The notes below the pieces were generated by a model. That model was not told the origin of the DNA. It saw only the letters and a list, made by a program, of their open reading frames with translations, and ran no database searches. The position numbers and the translations under genes were made by a program. This document shows positions 49,762 to 58,699 of a stretch of DNA of 64,000 nucleotides, one piece after another (the first letter of the stretch is position 1; each line of letters starts with the position of its first letter). Source of the stretch: Candidatus Omnitrophota bacterium (GTDB taxonomy: Bacteria > Omnitrophota > Gorgyraeia > Duberdicusellales > Duberdicusellaceae); contig JAGGWS010000038.1 in the NCBI GenBank assembly GCA_021163425.1, forward strand, positions 10,418 to 74,417, read 5' to 3'.

Positions 49762-51726
49762 CTAAATCTCCTGCCTCAGCTGTTTCTCAGCGTCTACTAC
49801 ATCTCTGTTTATCCGAGTTAAGATATTTTTAACTTTCTTTTTAAAGTCTTCTTTAAAGCCTTCAAAAGAAAGAAGTTCTCTTAAGATTTGAATATCCATC
49901 CGAAAATACCTTACTAATTCGCCTTCATCGATTTCAGAAAATTTAGAAAGTTTTGAAAATCTTATTCCCTCAAACCAGAGAGAGTTCACTTCGGCTAAGT
50001 GGTAAAAAAAGCGTTTAGATAGGGGGAATATTTTGCAACTTCTCTCTTTCTTATGGATTCTTCTGATTACCGGGTCCAAAACCTTCTGTAACCTTTTTAA
50101 ATTCTTAGTAAGCTTGGGCTTTTTCTCTCCCTTGCGGGGTTCATATACTAAAGAAGAAATAATAATTAAGAGTTCCTCCTCTTTAACTTCTTCTAAAACA
50201 CCTTCCTGATAAAGTTCACCCAGAGGAAGTTCATAACTGTAAAGCCGGGAGGCTAATTCTCCTTTCCAGGTAAGGACTTTCTCTTTACTTATATACCCCA
50301 ATTCCTTAAGAAGTTCTATTTTTCTCTTAATTAAATTAAGGGCTTCTTCCTTTTCTTGCTTCTGGGAGGAGAAAAAATGAAAGGATAAAGGATAAATCTG
50401 ATATATTTTTTCTCCCATATCCTTATAAAGATTAAGGAGAGTAGCATAATTGCTTCTCAACTGGCTTTTTATCTCTTCAGGGTTAGCGTAGAGTATCCTT
50501 TCTAATTCTTTCAGTTCTATTGCAAAAGGATTAACTTTTACAAAAACATAGCCTTTTTTATCAATACCTCTCCTTCCTGCCCGCCCAGCCATCTGGTAGA
50601 AGTCTCGGGTCTTTACGTTCCGGTGAAACCGACCATAAAATTTTCTTAAATCATCAAAGGCTACACTCTTTGCCGGCATATTTATCCCCAAAGCAAAAGT
50701 TTCGGTAGTAAATATTACCTTTAGAAGCCTGGAAGTAAAAAGCCTTTCTATTACTTCTTTAAGGGTAGGGAGAAGGCCGGCATGGTGGAAAGCTACCCCT
50801 CTCTTTATTAAGTCATAGAGGTATAAAGAAGTAGGTTCTCTTTCTAAATCAAAAGTCTTAAGGAGACGGGTATAAAGACTGATTATTTTCTTCTTTTCCT
50901 CTTTATTGAGAAAATCAAAAACCGCCACCTCTTGAGCAAAAAGTTCAGACCTTGCCCGGGAGAAACTAAAATATATGCAGGGTAAAAGCTGATTTTCTCT
51001 TAAGTATCTAAATAGTGTACTTATCCTGTTGGGTCGAGTATGGAGGATTTCTTTTAGCCTCCTCCTTCTTATTCTCCGAATATCTTCTAAGAGAAAATTA
51101 CTTCTTTTTAATTCTTTAAACCCCGAGAATATCTTATCATTACACTGAAAGTAAAACTTTAAAGGAACAGGCCTCTTGTCTTCTTTTATCACCTCTACAG
51201 GGATACGATGAATCTTATTTATCCAGGAAGCTATCTCCTCTATATTAGGAACAGTTGCTGATAAAGCTAAAATCTTAAGATGTCGGGGCATAAGCATAAT
51301 AGCCTCCTCCCAGACTGTTCCTCTTTCGGGATCATCTAAATAGTGTATCTCATCAAAAATTACCCATTCTTTGTTTTTAAGTCTTTCCGGTTCAGTTAAA
51401 ATTACATTTCTGAATATTTCAGTAGTCATTATTAAAACTTCAGCCTGAGGGTTTATACTAACGTCTCCAGTTAAAATACCTACTTTCTCTTTATAAGCCC
51501 TGCGAAAATCTCTATACTTCTGATTACTCAATGCTTTTATCGGTGCTGTATAAATCACTTCTTTTTGGGAATTTTGAGCTTTTTCTATGGCATATTCAGC
51601 AATCAGGGTTTTTCCTGCACCGGTAGGAGCAGAAACTATTACTGATTTTCCTTCCTCTATAGCCTTGATAGCCTCTTCTTGAAACCTATCTAAAATTAAC
51701 TCTTTATAAATTTTCATATTACTCAT
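49762..51726 (-). CDS. Ski2/HelY-like DExH RNA helicase
   Basis: APTGAGKT, PIKALSNQK, MTTE, FDEIH, LSAT, HHAG, TETFA.GINMPA, QMAGRAGRRG; DSHCT-like tail. Confidence 0.9.
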   Translation of the reverse strand: MSNMKIYKELILDRFQEEAIKAIEEGKSVIVSAPTGAGKTLIAEYAIEKAQNSQKEVIYTAPIKALSNQKYRDFRRAYKEKVGILTGDVSINPQAEVLIMTTEIFRNVILTEPERLKNKEWVIFDEIHYLDDPERGTVWEEAIMLMPRHLKILALSATVPNIEEIASWINKIHRIPVEVIKEDKRPVPLKFYFQCNDKIFSGFKELKRSNFLLEDIRRIRRRRLKEILHTRPNRISTLFRYLRENQLLPCIYFSFSRARSELFAQEVAVFDFLNKEEKKKIISLYTRLLKTFDLEREPTSLYLYDLIKRGVAFHHAGLLPTLKEVIERLFTSRLLKVIFTTETFALGINMPAKSVAFDDLRKFYGRFHRNVKTRDFYQMAGRAGRRGIDKKGYVFVKVNPFAIELKELERILYANPEEIKSQLRSNYATLLNLYKDMGEKIYQIYPLSFHFFSSQKQEKEEALNLIKRKIELLKELGYISKEKVLTWKGELASRLYSYELPLGELYQEGVLEEVKEEELLIIISSLVYEPRKGEKKPKLTKNLKRLQKVLDPVIRRIHKKERSCKIFPLSKRFFYHLAEVNSLWFEGIRFSKLSKFSEIDEGELVRYFRMDIQILRELLSFEGFKEDFKKKVKNILTRINRDVVDAEKQLRQEI

Positions 51727-51860
51727 TATTATGGAGTATTTTTCCTTTTTTCAAATAAAATCTTCTAAACTAAATTACCTGTATGAACTATAAACCATAA
51801 ACTACTCCCAGGAGTATTCAAACCGTCTTGCGAATTACTCTCGGTTTCGTCTGTCGTCTT

Positions 51861-51967
51861 TACACGTTTATACGTTTACACGTTCACACGTTTCTACGTT
51901 CACACGTTTCTACGTTTTTACGTTCATACGTTTTAACATATTATTTTGAAAACATTTTGTCAAGTTA
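51861..51967. repeat. Octamer array (NNNACGTT)x9 fused to IR element copy D
   Basis: Nine units at 51861-51932, then TTAACA-N19-TGTCAAGTTA. Confidence 0.93.
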
Positions 51968-51972
51968 GGGGG

Positions 51973-52620
51973 TTAAAAAAGATTGTTTACCTGGCGGGCC
52001 CAATTACAGAATTCACAATTCTCAGAAGAAGGAGGCATTTCCTTTTTTAGAAGCCTGACTGCCTCAATAAATACTTTTTCGGCTCGTTGAGGGTTGGTTT
52101 CTACTTCTTTTACTTCTGCTTTAAAAGGGAAACCATTATGCAAAACTCCCTCTTCAGGAATATAGTAAACTAAAAAAGCTAAATTCCTGCTCTTAAAATT
52201 ATTCTTTTCCAGTAGAAAAGTGTAGACATCTAACTGAAACTGAAAAGCCTCGTGAATCAAAGAAGGAGCTGAACTGCGGGTCTTATGGTCTAAGGCTAAG
52301 TAAAAACCCTCCTCATCTACTATACATTCGTCTAACTTTCCCTGCAAAGAAGCATTGAGTTCTAAAGAATTATACCATAAAGTCTTGGGGAGAATATCTA
52401 TTAACCTCCCTTTAATCTTTTCCTGCAAGATAGGAGGTAAAATATTCTTTCCTCTATAACTATCAAAATACTTTTTAACTACCAAATCTAAACCAGTTGC
52501 TATGGAAGGAAAAGGGGCTCTTGGCCTTCTTAAACCTCTATTAATAGTAAGCCAGAAACACCTTGGACATTCTAAGTAAAGATTTAAAGATGAAGCTGAA
52601 AGGACTATCTTTCTATCCAC
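51973..52620 (-). CDS. PD-(D/E)XK nuclease, Cas4/RecB-like
   Basis: LSASSL....ECPRC, GKLD, LDHKT, QL.VY, C-terminal CEFC. Confidence 0.85.
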   Translation of the reverse strand: MDRKIVLSASSLNLYLECPRCFWLTINRGLRRPRAPFPSIATGLDLVVKKYFDSYRGKNILPPILQEKIKGRLIDILPKTLWYNSLELNASLQGKLDECIVDEEGFYLALDHKTRSSAPSLIHEAFQFQLDVYTFLLEKNNFKSRNLAFLVYYIPEEGVLHNGFPFKAEVKEVETNPQRAEKVFIEAVRLLKKEMPPSSENCEFCNWARQVNNLF

Positions 52621-53128
52621 CCCAACTTTCCCACTTAACTATATCTTCTAAAGAAAGCCTATCCCGGAAAGAAGGCTCCTCATCAGGATAGCCCAAGGTG
52701 AGCAATTCTACTACTTTAATTTCCTCAGGGATATTAAGAATCTCTTTTACCTTATCTTCATAAAAAGCCCCTATCCAGCAAGTCCCTAAACCTTCTTCTA
52801 CTGCAGTCAAAACCATATGTTCTATAGCAATAGCTACATCTATAGGATAAGAAAGCTGCCCACAAGTCAGTCGGTATTCATTATTCTGGGCACAACAGGC
52901 AATTACTACCGGAGCTTCTTCTACAAATTTCTGGTTTCTGGCTGCTTCTGATAACTTCTTTCTCTTCTCTTTATCTCTCACTACTATAAACCTCCACTCC
53001 TGAAGGTTCTTAGCCGAAGGAGCAAGCCTGGCTGATTCTAAAATCTTTAAAATCTTTTCTTCCTCAACCTCTCTATCTTTATATTTTCTTATACTTCTTC
53101 TCTTTTTTATTGCCTCAAAAATATCCAT
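52613..53128 (-). CDS. Nitroreductase family protein
   Basis: RRSIRKY, APSAKNLQ.W.F, GLGTCWIG, LGYP. Confidence 0.92.
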   Translation of the reverse strand: MDIFEAIKKRRSIRKYKDREVEEEKILKILESARLAPSAKNLQEWRFIVVRDKEKRKKLSEAARNQKFVEEAPVVIACCAQNNEYRLTCGQLSYPIDVAIAIEHMVLTAVEEGLGTCWIGAFYEDKVKEILNIPEEIKVVELLTLGYPDEEPSFRDRLSLEDIVKWESWGG

Positions 53129-53147
53129 CTTACTTAAAAAGTCCTCT

Positions 53148-53452
53148 TTAGCAAAGTCTTCTCTTTACCACCACAATACCTTCTTTTACAAAATAATTTT
53201 TCTTATCTTCAGTAATATTAAAACGGTCAATAATTGCCTTCTTTATTTTACAACTTCCTTCTATCTCTGTAAAGTCCATAATAATAGAATCAATAATCTG
53301 GCTTTCTTTTATTATTACCCCTCTTCCTATAATAGAGTTTTTATATAAGAATTTTCAACCTGACAGCCTTCACTAATTAAAGAATTAACAAAAGGATAAA
53401 GCCTTTCTCTCCCGCCTCCAGCCATTACCATAGCTAAAACTTTATTTTCCAT
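53148..53452 (-). pseudogene. glgC: Glucose-1-phosphate adenylyltransferase remnant (catalytic domain deleted, frameshifted)
   Basis: Manual translation: MENKVLAMVMAGGGRERLYP joined directly to beta-helix NSLISEGC...; after a shift in an A-run, NSIIGRGV...DSIIMD...KKAIIDRFN. Confidence 0.8.
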
Positions 53453-53466
53453 CTTACAATCTACAT

Positions 53467-53639
53467 TTTACGTTCACACGTTCATACGTTTACACGTTTA
53501 CACGTTTTTACGTTTACACGTTTTTACGTTTACACGTTTTCACGTTTACACGTTCATACGTTTTTACGTTCATACGTTTACACGTTCATACGTTTACACG
53601 TTTTAACATATTATTTTGAAAACATTTTACCAAGTTACG
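53467..53639. repeat. Octamer array (NNNACGTT)x17 fused to IR element copy E
   Basis: 17 in-register units at 53467-53602, then TTAACA-TATTATTTTGAAAACATTT-TACCAAGTTACG. Confidence 0.95.
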
Positions 53640-53653
53640 CTGGTTATTGGTTA

Positions 53654-56600
53654 TTATCTCTCTATAACAGTCTCTAACCTGTGTTTTACTGCCCTTACTC
53701 CTGAATATTCTGCCTCGGTTATTACTTCATAAACATCCGAACGGGTAGTAATAAAAGGGCAAATCAATTTAAAATTATTAATCTTTTGAAACTCAGTTAA
53801 GCCTAAAGCTGTGGTTTCTAACAAATCTCCTATACCCAGCCTACGTTTGCTTCTTTCTCCAAAGGGCCTCTGTGAAATTATTCCAGAATTAGAGGGTAAT
53901 AGAAGATTCAAAATCTCTTTTCTTGCTGTATTTATATTTATCCTCCCACTGACTATAAATTCTGGCTCCAATATAAAATTTATAATCTTAAGAGGTCCGT
54001 CTTCTTCATTTCTCACTTTAATTTCTAAACTACCTCCAGACTCAATCTCAATATTTCCGTAATAAAGGCAACCCTTATGAAAATAAAAAGGGCCTAAATA
54101 GTCAAAAGTATCTGCCTGCTCGGTTTTTACTGCTATACTTACAGAAGAACTATCTTCCTCGGCTAAAATTTTAAGAAAATAACTCCCTTGAGGAATATTA
54201 GAAAATCTCCACAATCCCCATTCCCCTCTGCGAAAAGAAAAGAAACTATCGTCTTCTTCTTTAAAATTGCCTTCTACAAAAGAAGATATCCCTAAATGCT
54301 TTACAAAAGAAGTAAATCTATCTGAAAGAAGAGCTATATCCCTTAAACTAAATCTCTTCCAGGGAAGACTGGAGGGAATTTTCTCGGCATAGCCAATATT
54401 TATAAGAGGCTGATTTAAAACGACTTGTTCTCTTACATTATGATAAAAAACCTCCAGAGTTTTGGGGTCAATCTCTTTTATCCCTGAGTTATCATTATGC
54501 TCTGAAGGTGTAGCTTTTGCCTCAGCTTCAGAAAAAAACCAGCCATCGAATATTCCATCTCCATCAGCATCAGTAAGAAGAGTGGGATCTGAACGCTCTA
54601 AACTTACATAATTTCTTATCTGAGAAGAAGTATATTCTACTATATCCACAATTTCTCCCTGAGGATTCTTTAAAGCAATAGTGGCTGAGCTGTCAGGGAT
54701 AATATCATCACACCCTTCTATCTTACCGCTAAACTCAAGTTGAACTGCTTTCGTTCCCCAGCTCTCCTGGAAAGAAATCCCATTACTTCTTAAATAAGAA
54801 GGAGAGCTTCGGTCATCTTTATCTATAGCCAGGATTAAATGTTCATAGGGCCTGATTTTTGTGCCTTGAGGAATAATTGCCGGCCAGCCTAAGACCGCTT
54901 TTTTTTCTTGAGTTACCTCTATACTGAAATTGCCTATATCTATCTCTCGGGGAGTAATATTCAGAATTTCGATGAATTCGGCATCGGGTTCTTGAGAAAC
55001 AACTATTTTTTTAAAAGTAGAAACTTCAGTAAGAGAATTATTCTGAATTTTTATTAATAAATCTCCATCTATATATACCGGGTAAGGAAAAACCATCCCA
55101 TCTCTAACCCCCTTTAAAGATCTTCCGGAAATAACTACATCTCCAATATAACCTCCTGTTGTATTAGCAAAAAATTTTATATAGAAATAACCCCTTCTCC
55201 CTACTGAAAAAACCCATCTTCCCTCACCCTCAATTCCACTGGCTAAATCTTTATTCTCGTAATATCCACCCTTCCAGACCCAGCTTCCTCCAGGATTCTG
55301 AGATTTCTCTACCAGAAATTCTAAAGAAGGCTTAATCATCACCTCGTTTATCACTAAAGATTCTCTTCCTCTTAAAGAGGTATGAACCAGCCCTTCTCTA
55401 TTTTCAGGACTTACAAGCTCTATATATTCCAGAGCACAATCTCTATCTTCAAAAGGTTTTATCCTAAATTCTAATTCACCTCCCTCTACCTTAACAGGCA
55501 AATACAACCCCTCTCCATTGTAAACATCACAATCTTCTATATCCTGAACTGAAACATAACCTATACCTAAATCCTCAAAAGGAGAATAAAAAAAGCAAAA
55601 ATATTCTCCATCGGGGATATTTAAGTTCTGGAATTTAAAAGTAGAAGGGGCTCCTCCCCGGGGAGCATAAAAATAATTCCCGCTCTTTCTAAAACTTCCT
55701 CCTGAAGAAGAAACAGGCTTTATCCTCTTATAAAACTTGTCTAAAACAGTCTGGGATAAATCTTTATCCTGAAAATCAATAAAATTAGCTGCTTTTTGGA
55801 AAGGAAACCTTACTCCTGAGCTCAAAAAACCCATAAGAACATCCTGAAAAGAAGCAGATAAAGCAATCCTCCTCCTTCCAAAACTATCTAATTCCTTATC
55901 TTTAGAATAGACCGTAAAATAATTCCTGAATCTTAAACCTGAAGGTAAAGTTAAAAACTCCCGAGTCTCCTCGGGAGCTAAAAATAACCTATCGTCACCA
56001 AAACCTTCCTCATCAGGCTCATCTATTCCTTCATCTTTTTCATCAACAACTCCATCTAAATCATTATCAATCCCATCAGAAATTAATATCAAATTATCAG
56101 AATCATCATCGTAATCTTCCAATCCTGGTTTCTCATCAGAACCCCGCCTTAACCTTATTAAAGAAGTGCTTTTAGAAATTCCCAGAAAAGAAAATAGAGA
56201 ATTTATATTAAGTTCAGAAAGGTCCAAGCCATAGCGGAAAGAGCTTTCTCCACAATAATTCAAATTAAGCTTGGAAGCCTCATCTAAAATTTGAACACCA
56301 AATCGGCCGTAAAGCCTTCCCTCGAAATTTTTAACTTCAAAGTATCTACTTTCTTTTATCCCATCCTTATCTAAATCTAAATCTTCACCTTTCAGCTGAG
56401 TGTAAAAAGAATCTTCAAGGCTATCAGAAAAATTTTCTTTTTTATCCTGCTTCAAGAGTTCTCTGCCCAGAGTTAAACCTGCCTCTGCTAAATACTGAGC
56501 TTTAACATTATCTAAGTAGATGCGGGAATATCTTACTTCATAAAGGCTAAAAAGAAGAAGAGAAAACCCAGTAATAGCAAGAACAGAGAGAACAGTTATA

Positions 56601-56662
56601 GTAATAAGAAGTGCTTGAGCCTTTCTAATCACTTTTTTCCTCAAAAGGTAAGTAAGTAACAA
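53654..56662 (-). CDS. Large PilX/GspK-like pseudopilin with Ca-binding repeats, lamin-tail-like and HhH-like segments
   Basis: N-terminal hydrophobic helix plus A.YLAEAG, DEASKLNLN, DGIDNDLDGVVDE..DEGIDEPDE, LVINEVM...EFIEILN, GRININTA, ITTRSDVY. Confidence 0.75.
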   Translation of the reverse strand: MLLTYLLRKKVIRKAQALLITITVLSVLAITGFSLLLFSLYEVRYSRIYLDNVKAQYLAEAGLTLGRELLKQDKKENFSDSLEDSFYTQLKGEDLDLDKDGIKESRYFEVKNFEGRLYGRFGVQILDEASKLNLNYCGESSFRYGLDLSELNINSLFSFLGISKSTSLIRLRRGSDEKPGLEDYDDDSDNLILISDGIDNDLDGVVDEKDEGIDEPDEEGFGDDRLFLAPEETREFLTLPSGLRFRNYFTVYSKDKELDSFGRRRIALSASFQDVLMGFLSSGVRFPFQKAANFIDFQDKDLSQTVLDKFYKRIKPVSSSGGSFRKSGNYFYAPRGGAPSTFKFQNLNIPDGEYFCFFYSPFEDLGIGYVSVQDIEDCDVYNGEGLYLPVKVEGGELEFRIKPFEDRDCALEYIELVSPENREGLVHTSLRGRESLVINEVMIKPSLEFLVEKSQNPGGSWVWKGGYYENKDLASGIEGEGRWVFSVGRRGYFYIKFFANTTGGYIGDVVISGRSLKGVRDGMVFPYPVYIDGDLLIKIQNNSLTEVSTFKKIVVSQEPDAEFIEILNITPREIDIGNFSIEVTQEKKAVLGWPAIIPQGTKIRPYEHLILAIDKDDRSSPSYLRSNGISFQESWGTKAVQLEFSGKIEGCDDIIPDSSATIALKNPQGEIVDIVEYTSSQIRNYVSLERSDPTLLTDADGDGIFDGWFFSEAEAKATPSEHNDNSGIKEIDPKTLEVFYHNVREQVVLNQPLINIGYAEKIPSSLPWKRFSLRDIALLSDRFTSFVKHLGISSFVEGNFKEEDDSFFSFRRGEWGLWRFSNIPQGSYFLKILAEEDSSSVSIAVKTEQADTFDYLGPFYFHKGCLYYGNIEIESGGSLEIKVRNEEDGPLKIINFILEPEFIVSGRININTARKEILNLLLPSNSGIISQRPFGERSKRRLGIGDLLETTALGLTEFQKINNFKLICPFITTRSDVYEVITEAEYSGVRAVKHRLETVIER

Positions 56663-57014
56663 ATTCTTCTGAAAGCTTAGGAGTAGTTGAAGAATTAGAT
56701 TCTACCTTCAGGATAAGTTTTTTTAAATTCACTCCTTCTAAGACTTCCTCTTCTCCTAAAGAAATCTGCCAATCGAAATTTCCTTCTTTGCCTTCTGCTT
56801 CTTCAACTATATTATAAGTCTTTAACTCTTCTAACTTCTTCTTTGCTAAGAAAGCAGTATCCATCAATAGTTTTGATAATCTAAGTTGTTTCAGAGCCAG
56901 AGGAAACATATAGAAAACAGAGAGAAGCCCTCCAGCCAGGATAGCTATAGCAACCAAAATCTCAATAAGGGTAAAACTCCGCTGGCTCCTAAATCTTATC
57001 TTCCCCATCCTCAT
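56625..57014 (-). CDS. Minor pseudopilin (GspI/PilV-like)
   Basis: Prepilin-like RSQRS/FTLIEILVAIAIL. Confidence 0.8.
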   Translation of the reverse strand: MRMGKIRFRSQRSFTLIEILVAIAILAGGLLSVFYMFPLALKQLRLSKLLMDTAFLAKKKLEELKTYNIVEEAEGKEGNFDWQISLGEEEVLEGVNLKKLILKVESNSSTTPKLSEEFVTYLPFEEKSD

Positions 57015-57072
57015 CTCATCCGATAAAGGCCTTAAGTAAATGGGCTAGGATAAACTCTCTAAAGAGAACTCC

Positions 57073-58101
57073 CTAACGAATTAAACTACCCATAGAAAAT
57101 ATAGGAAAGAATAAACCAACTACGATAAAACCCACTATCACCCCCATAAATACAATTAGAAGAGGTTCAAGTAAAGAAATAATTCCCGATAAAGAAGCAG
57201 TAACATCCTCCTCATAATCCTGAGCTATTTCTAAAAATACTGAAGAAAGTCTTCCTGAATCTTCAGCCACTTCTACAATCTTAACTAAAGAACCTGGGAA
57301 AATCTTTGCTTCTTCCATACTTTCCGAAAGGCTACTACCCGATTCAATCTTCTCTATTAAAAAATCTATAGACTCTTTAAGAAGAGGGTCTACTACCACT
57401 TCTCTAGTGGCTAATAAAGATTTAACTAAAGGGACCCCTGAAGAAAGCATCACTCCCAAAGAATGAGAAAATCTCTCAATTGCTATATCTTTTAAAAACT
57501 TACCTATTACAGGGAGTTTCCATCTATAAATATTAATCTTGTAAGCTCCGGCAGGAGTTCTTTTAATTAAATTATAACCAGCTATCATAAGCACTACTAA
57601 CAGAATAAAAAGATAACTCCACCGGGCTAAAAACTTAGAAGTATTTATCAAAAATAAAGTAAGTGGCGGAAGTTCTCCTCCTAAGTCTTTAAATATATTA
57701 GTTAAAGTAGGAACGACAAAAATCATTAACACCGCCAATACAATAACTGCAGTCACCAGAATAAGTATTGGGTACATTAAAGAAGTGATTATCTTCTGCT
57801 TAAGCCTCCGACTGCGCTGAAGAAAATCCGAAAGCTCCCGAAGGGCAGGTGCTAATTTTCCGCTAATTTCTCCTGCCTTCACCATATTTATATAAATTTG
57901 AGGGAAAATATTTTTGTGATGTTCTAAAGCTTCTGAAAGAGGCTCACCTTCCTGAATATCTTCAACCAATCTTTTAACTACTTTCTTAATTCGTGAAGGG
58001 TCCATCTGCTCATAAAGAGTCTCTAAACTCTTTAATATAGGTATGCCTGATTTCATAAGCATAGAAAAGCTTCTGGTAAAATCTATTACATCTTTTCTCA
58101 T
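57073..58101 (-). CDS. T2SS/T4P inner-membrane platform protein (GspF/PilC)
   Basis: SGIPIL..L, AGE.SG.L, MYP, VVP, LLEP...FFPIF. Confidence 0.9.
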   Translation of the reverse strand: MRKDVIDFTRSFSMLMKSGIPILKSLETLYEQMDPSRIKKVVKRLVEDIQEGEPLSEALEHHKNIFPQIYINMVKAGEISGKLAPALRELSDFLQRSRRLKQKIITSLMYPILILVTAVIVLAVLMIFVVPTLTNIFKDLGGELPPLTLFLINTSKFLARWSYLFILLVVLMIAGYNLIKRTPAGAYKINIYRWKLPVIGKFLKDIAIERFSHSLGVMLSSGVPLVKSLLATREVVVDPLLKESIDFLIEKIESGSSLSESMEEAKIFPGSLVKIVEVAEDSGRLSSVFLEIAQDYEEDVTASLSGIISLLEPLLIVFMGVIVGFIVVGLFFPIFSMGSLIR

Positions 58102-58658
58102 CTTCCCACAGGAATATTTATTAGTTCCTGATAATTCTCTCTACGGCCTTTATAACTTAAAGTAAGCTCTGTCTTGACTGCTAAAGGTAATTCTTTATAA
58201 GAATTTTCCCATTTTTCTCCATCAAAAAAACTAAAGTTCAGACTCTCTATACTGGAGCTTAATACCTCTTCTTTATCAAAAGTATTGAAGTTAAAATCAC
58301 ATTTTGATTCTCTTCTTACTAAACTTTTTTTCTCAGGAAGAAAAATATAGCCTATCTCCCTAAGTCCTTCGGAATCAGGATAAACAAAAAATAAAGCCTG
58401 CTTATCTCCTTTAAATATTTCTCCTTCCCCCCGGATAATCTCTTCATTTGCTCTTAGAGCAGAAGAAAGTTCTCTGGATATCACCCAGAATACCCTCTTT
58501 AGATTCTGGTATCTCTGGGCTAAAACTTGAGCCTCCTGATAAGAAAGAAGGGCACTTCTAAAAATTGTGCCCACAATAGTTATCACCGCAACAAAAATCC
58601 CTATAGCAATTAGAACCTCTATTAAGGTGAAACTAATCTTTCTCAGAAAAATACTCAT
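58098..58658 (-). CDS. Minor pseudopilin (GspJ/PilW-like)
   Basis: RKIS/FTLIEVLIAIGIF, F.FFDGEKW...LP.AVK..L. Start moved to ATG 58658; the track TTG start lies inside the repeat element. Confidence 0.8.
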   Translation of the reverse strand: MSIFLRKISFTLIEVLIAIGIFVAVITIVGTIFRSALLSYQEAQVLAQRYQNLKRVFWVISRELSSALRANEEIIRGEGEIFKGDKQALFFVYPDSEGLREIGYIFLPEKKSLVRRESKCDFNFNTFDKEEVLSSSIESLNFSFFDGEKWENSYKELPLAVKTELTLSYKGRRENYQELINIPVGR

Positions 58659-58667
58659 AGCTAAGGA

Positions 58668-58698
58668 TATAACTTTCAAAACATTTTGTCAAATTACG
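58668..58698. repeat. Dispersed IR element, copy F (right arm and spacer only)
   Basis: ACTTTCAAAACATTT-TGTCAAATTACG, immediately after the stop of the 58700-60232 gene. Confidence 0.75.
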
Positions 58699-58699
58699 C

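Noticed and set aside
53467-53602. Octamer arrays as CRISPR, parS or DnaA-box clusters
   Set aside because: Period is 8 bp with 3 variable nt (no 25-45 bp spacers, no cas1/cas2); units match neither the 16-bp parS palindrome nor TTATCCACA.
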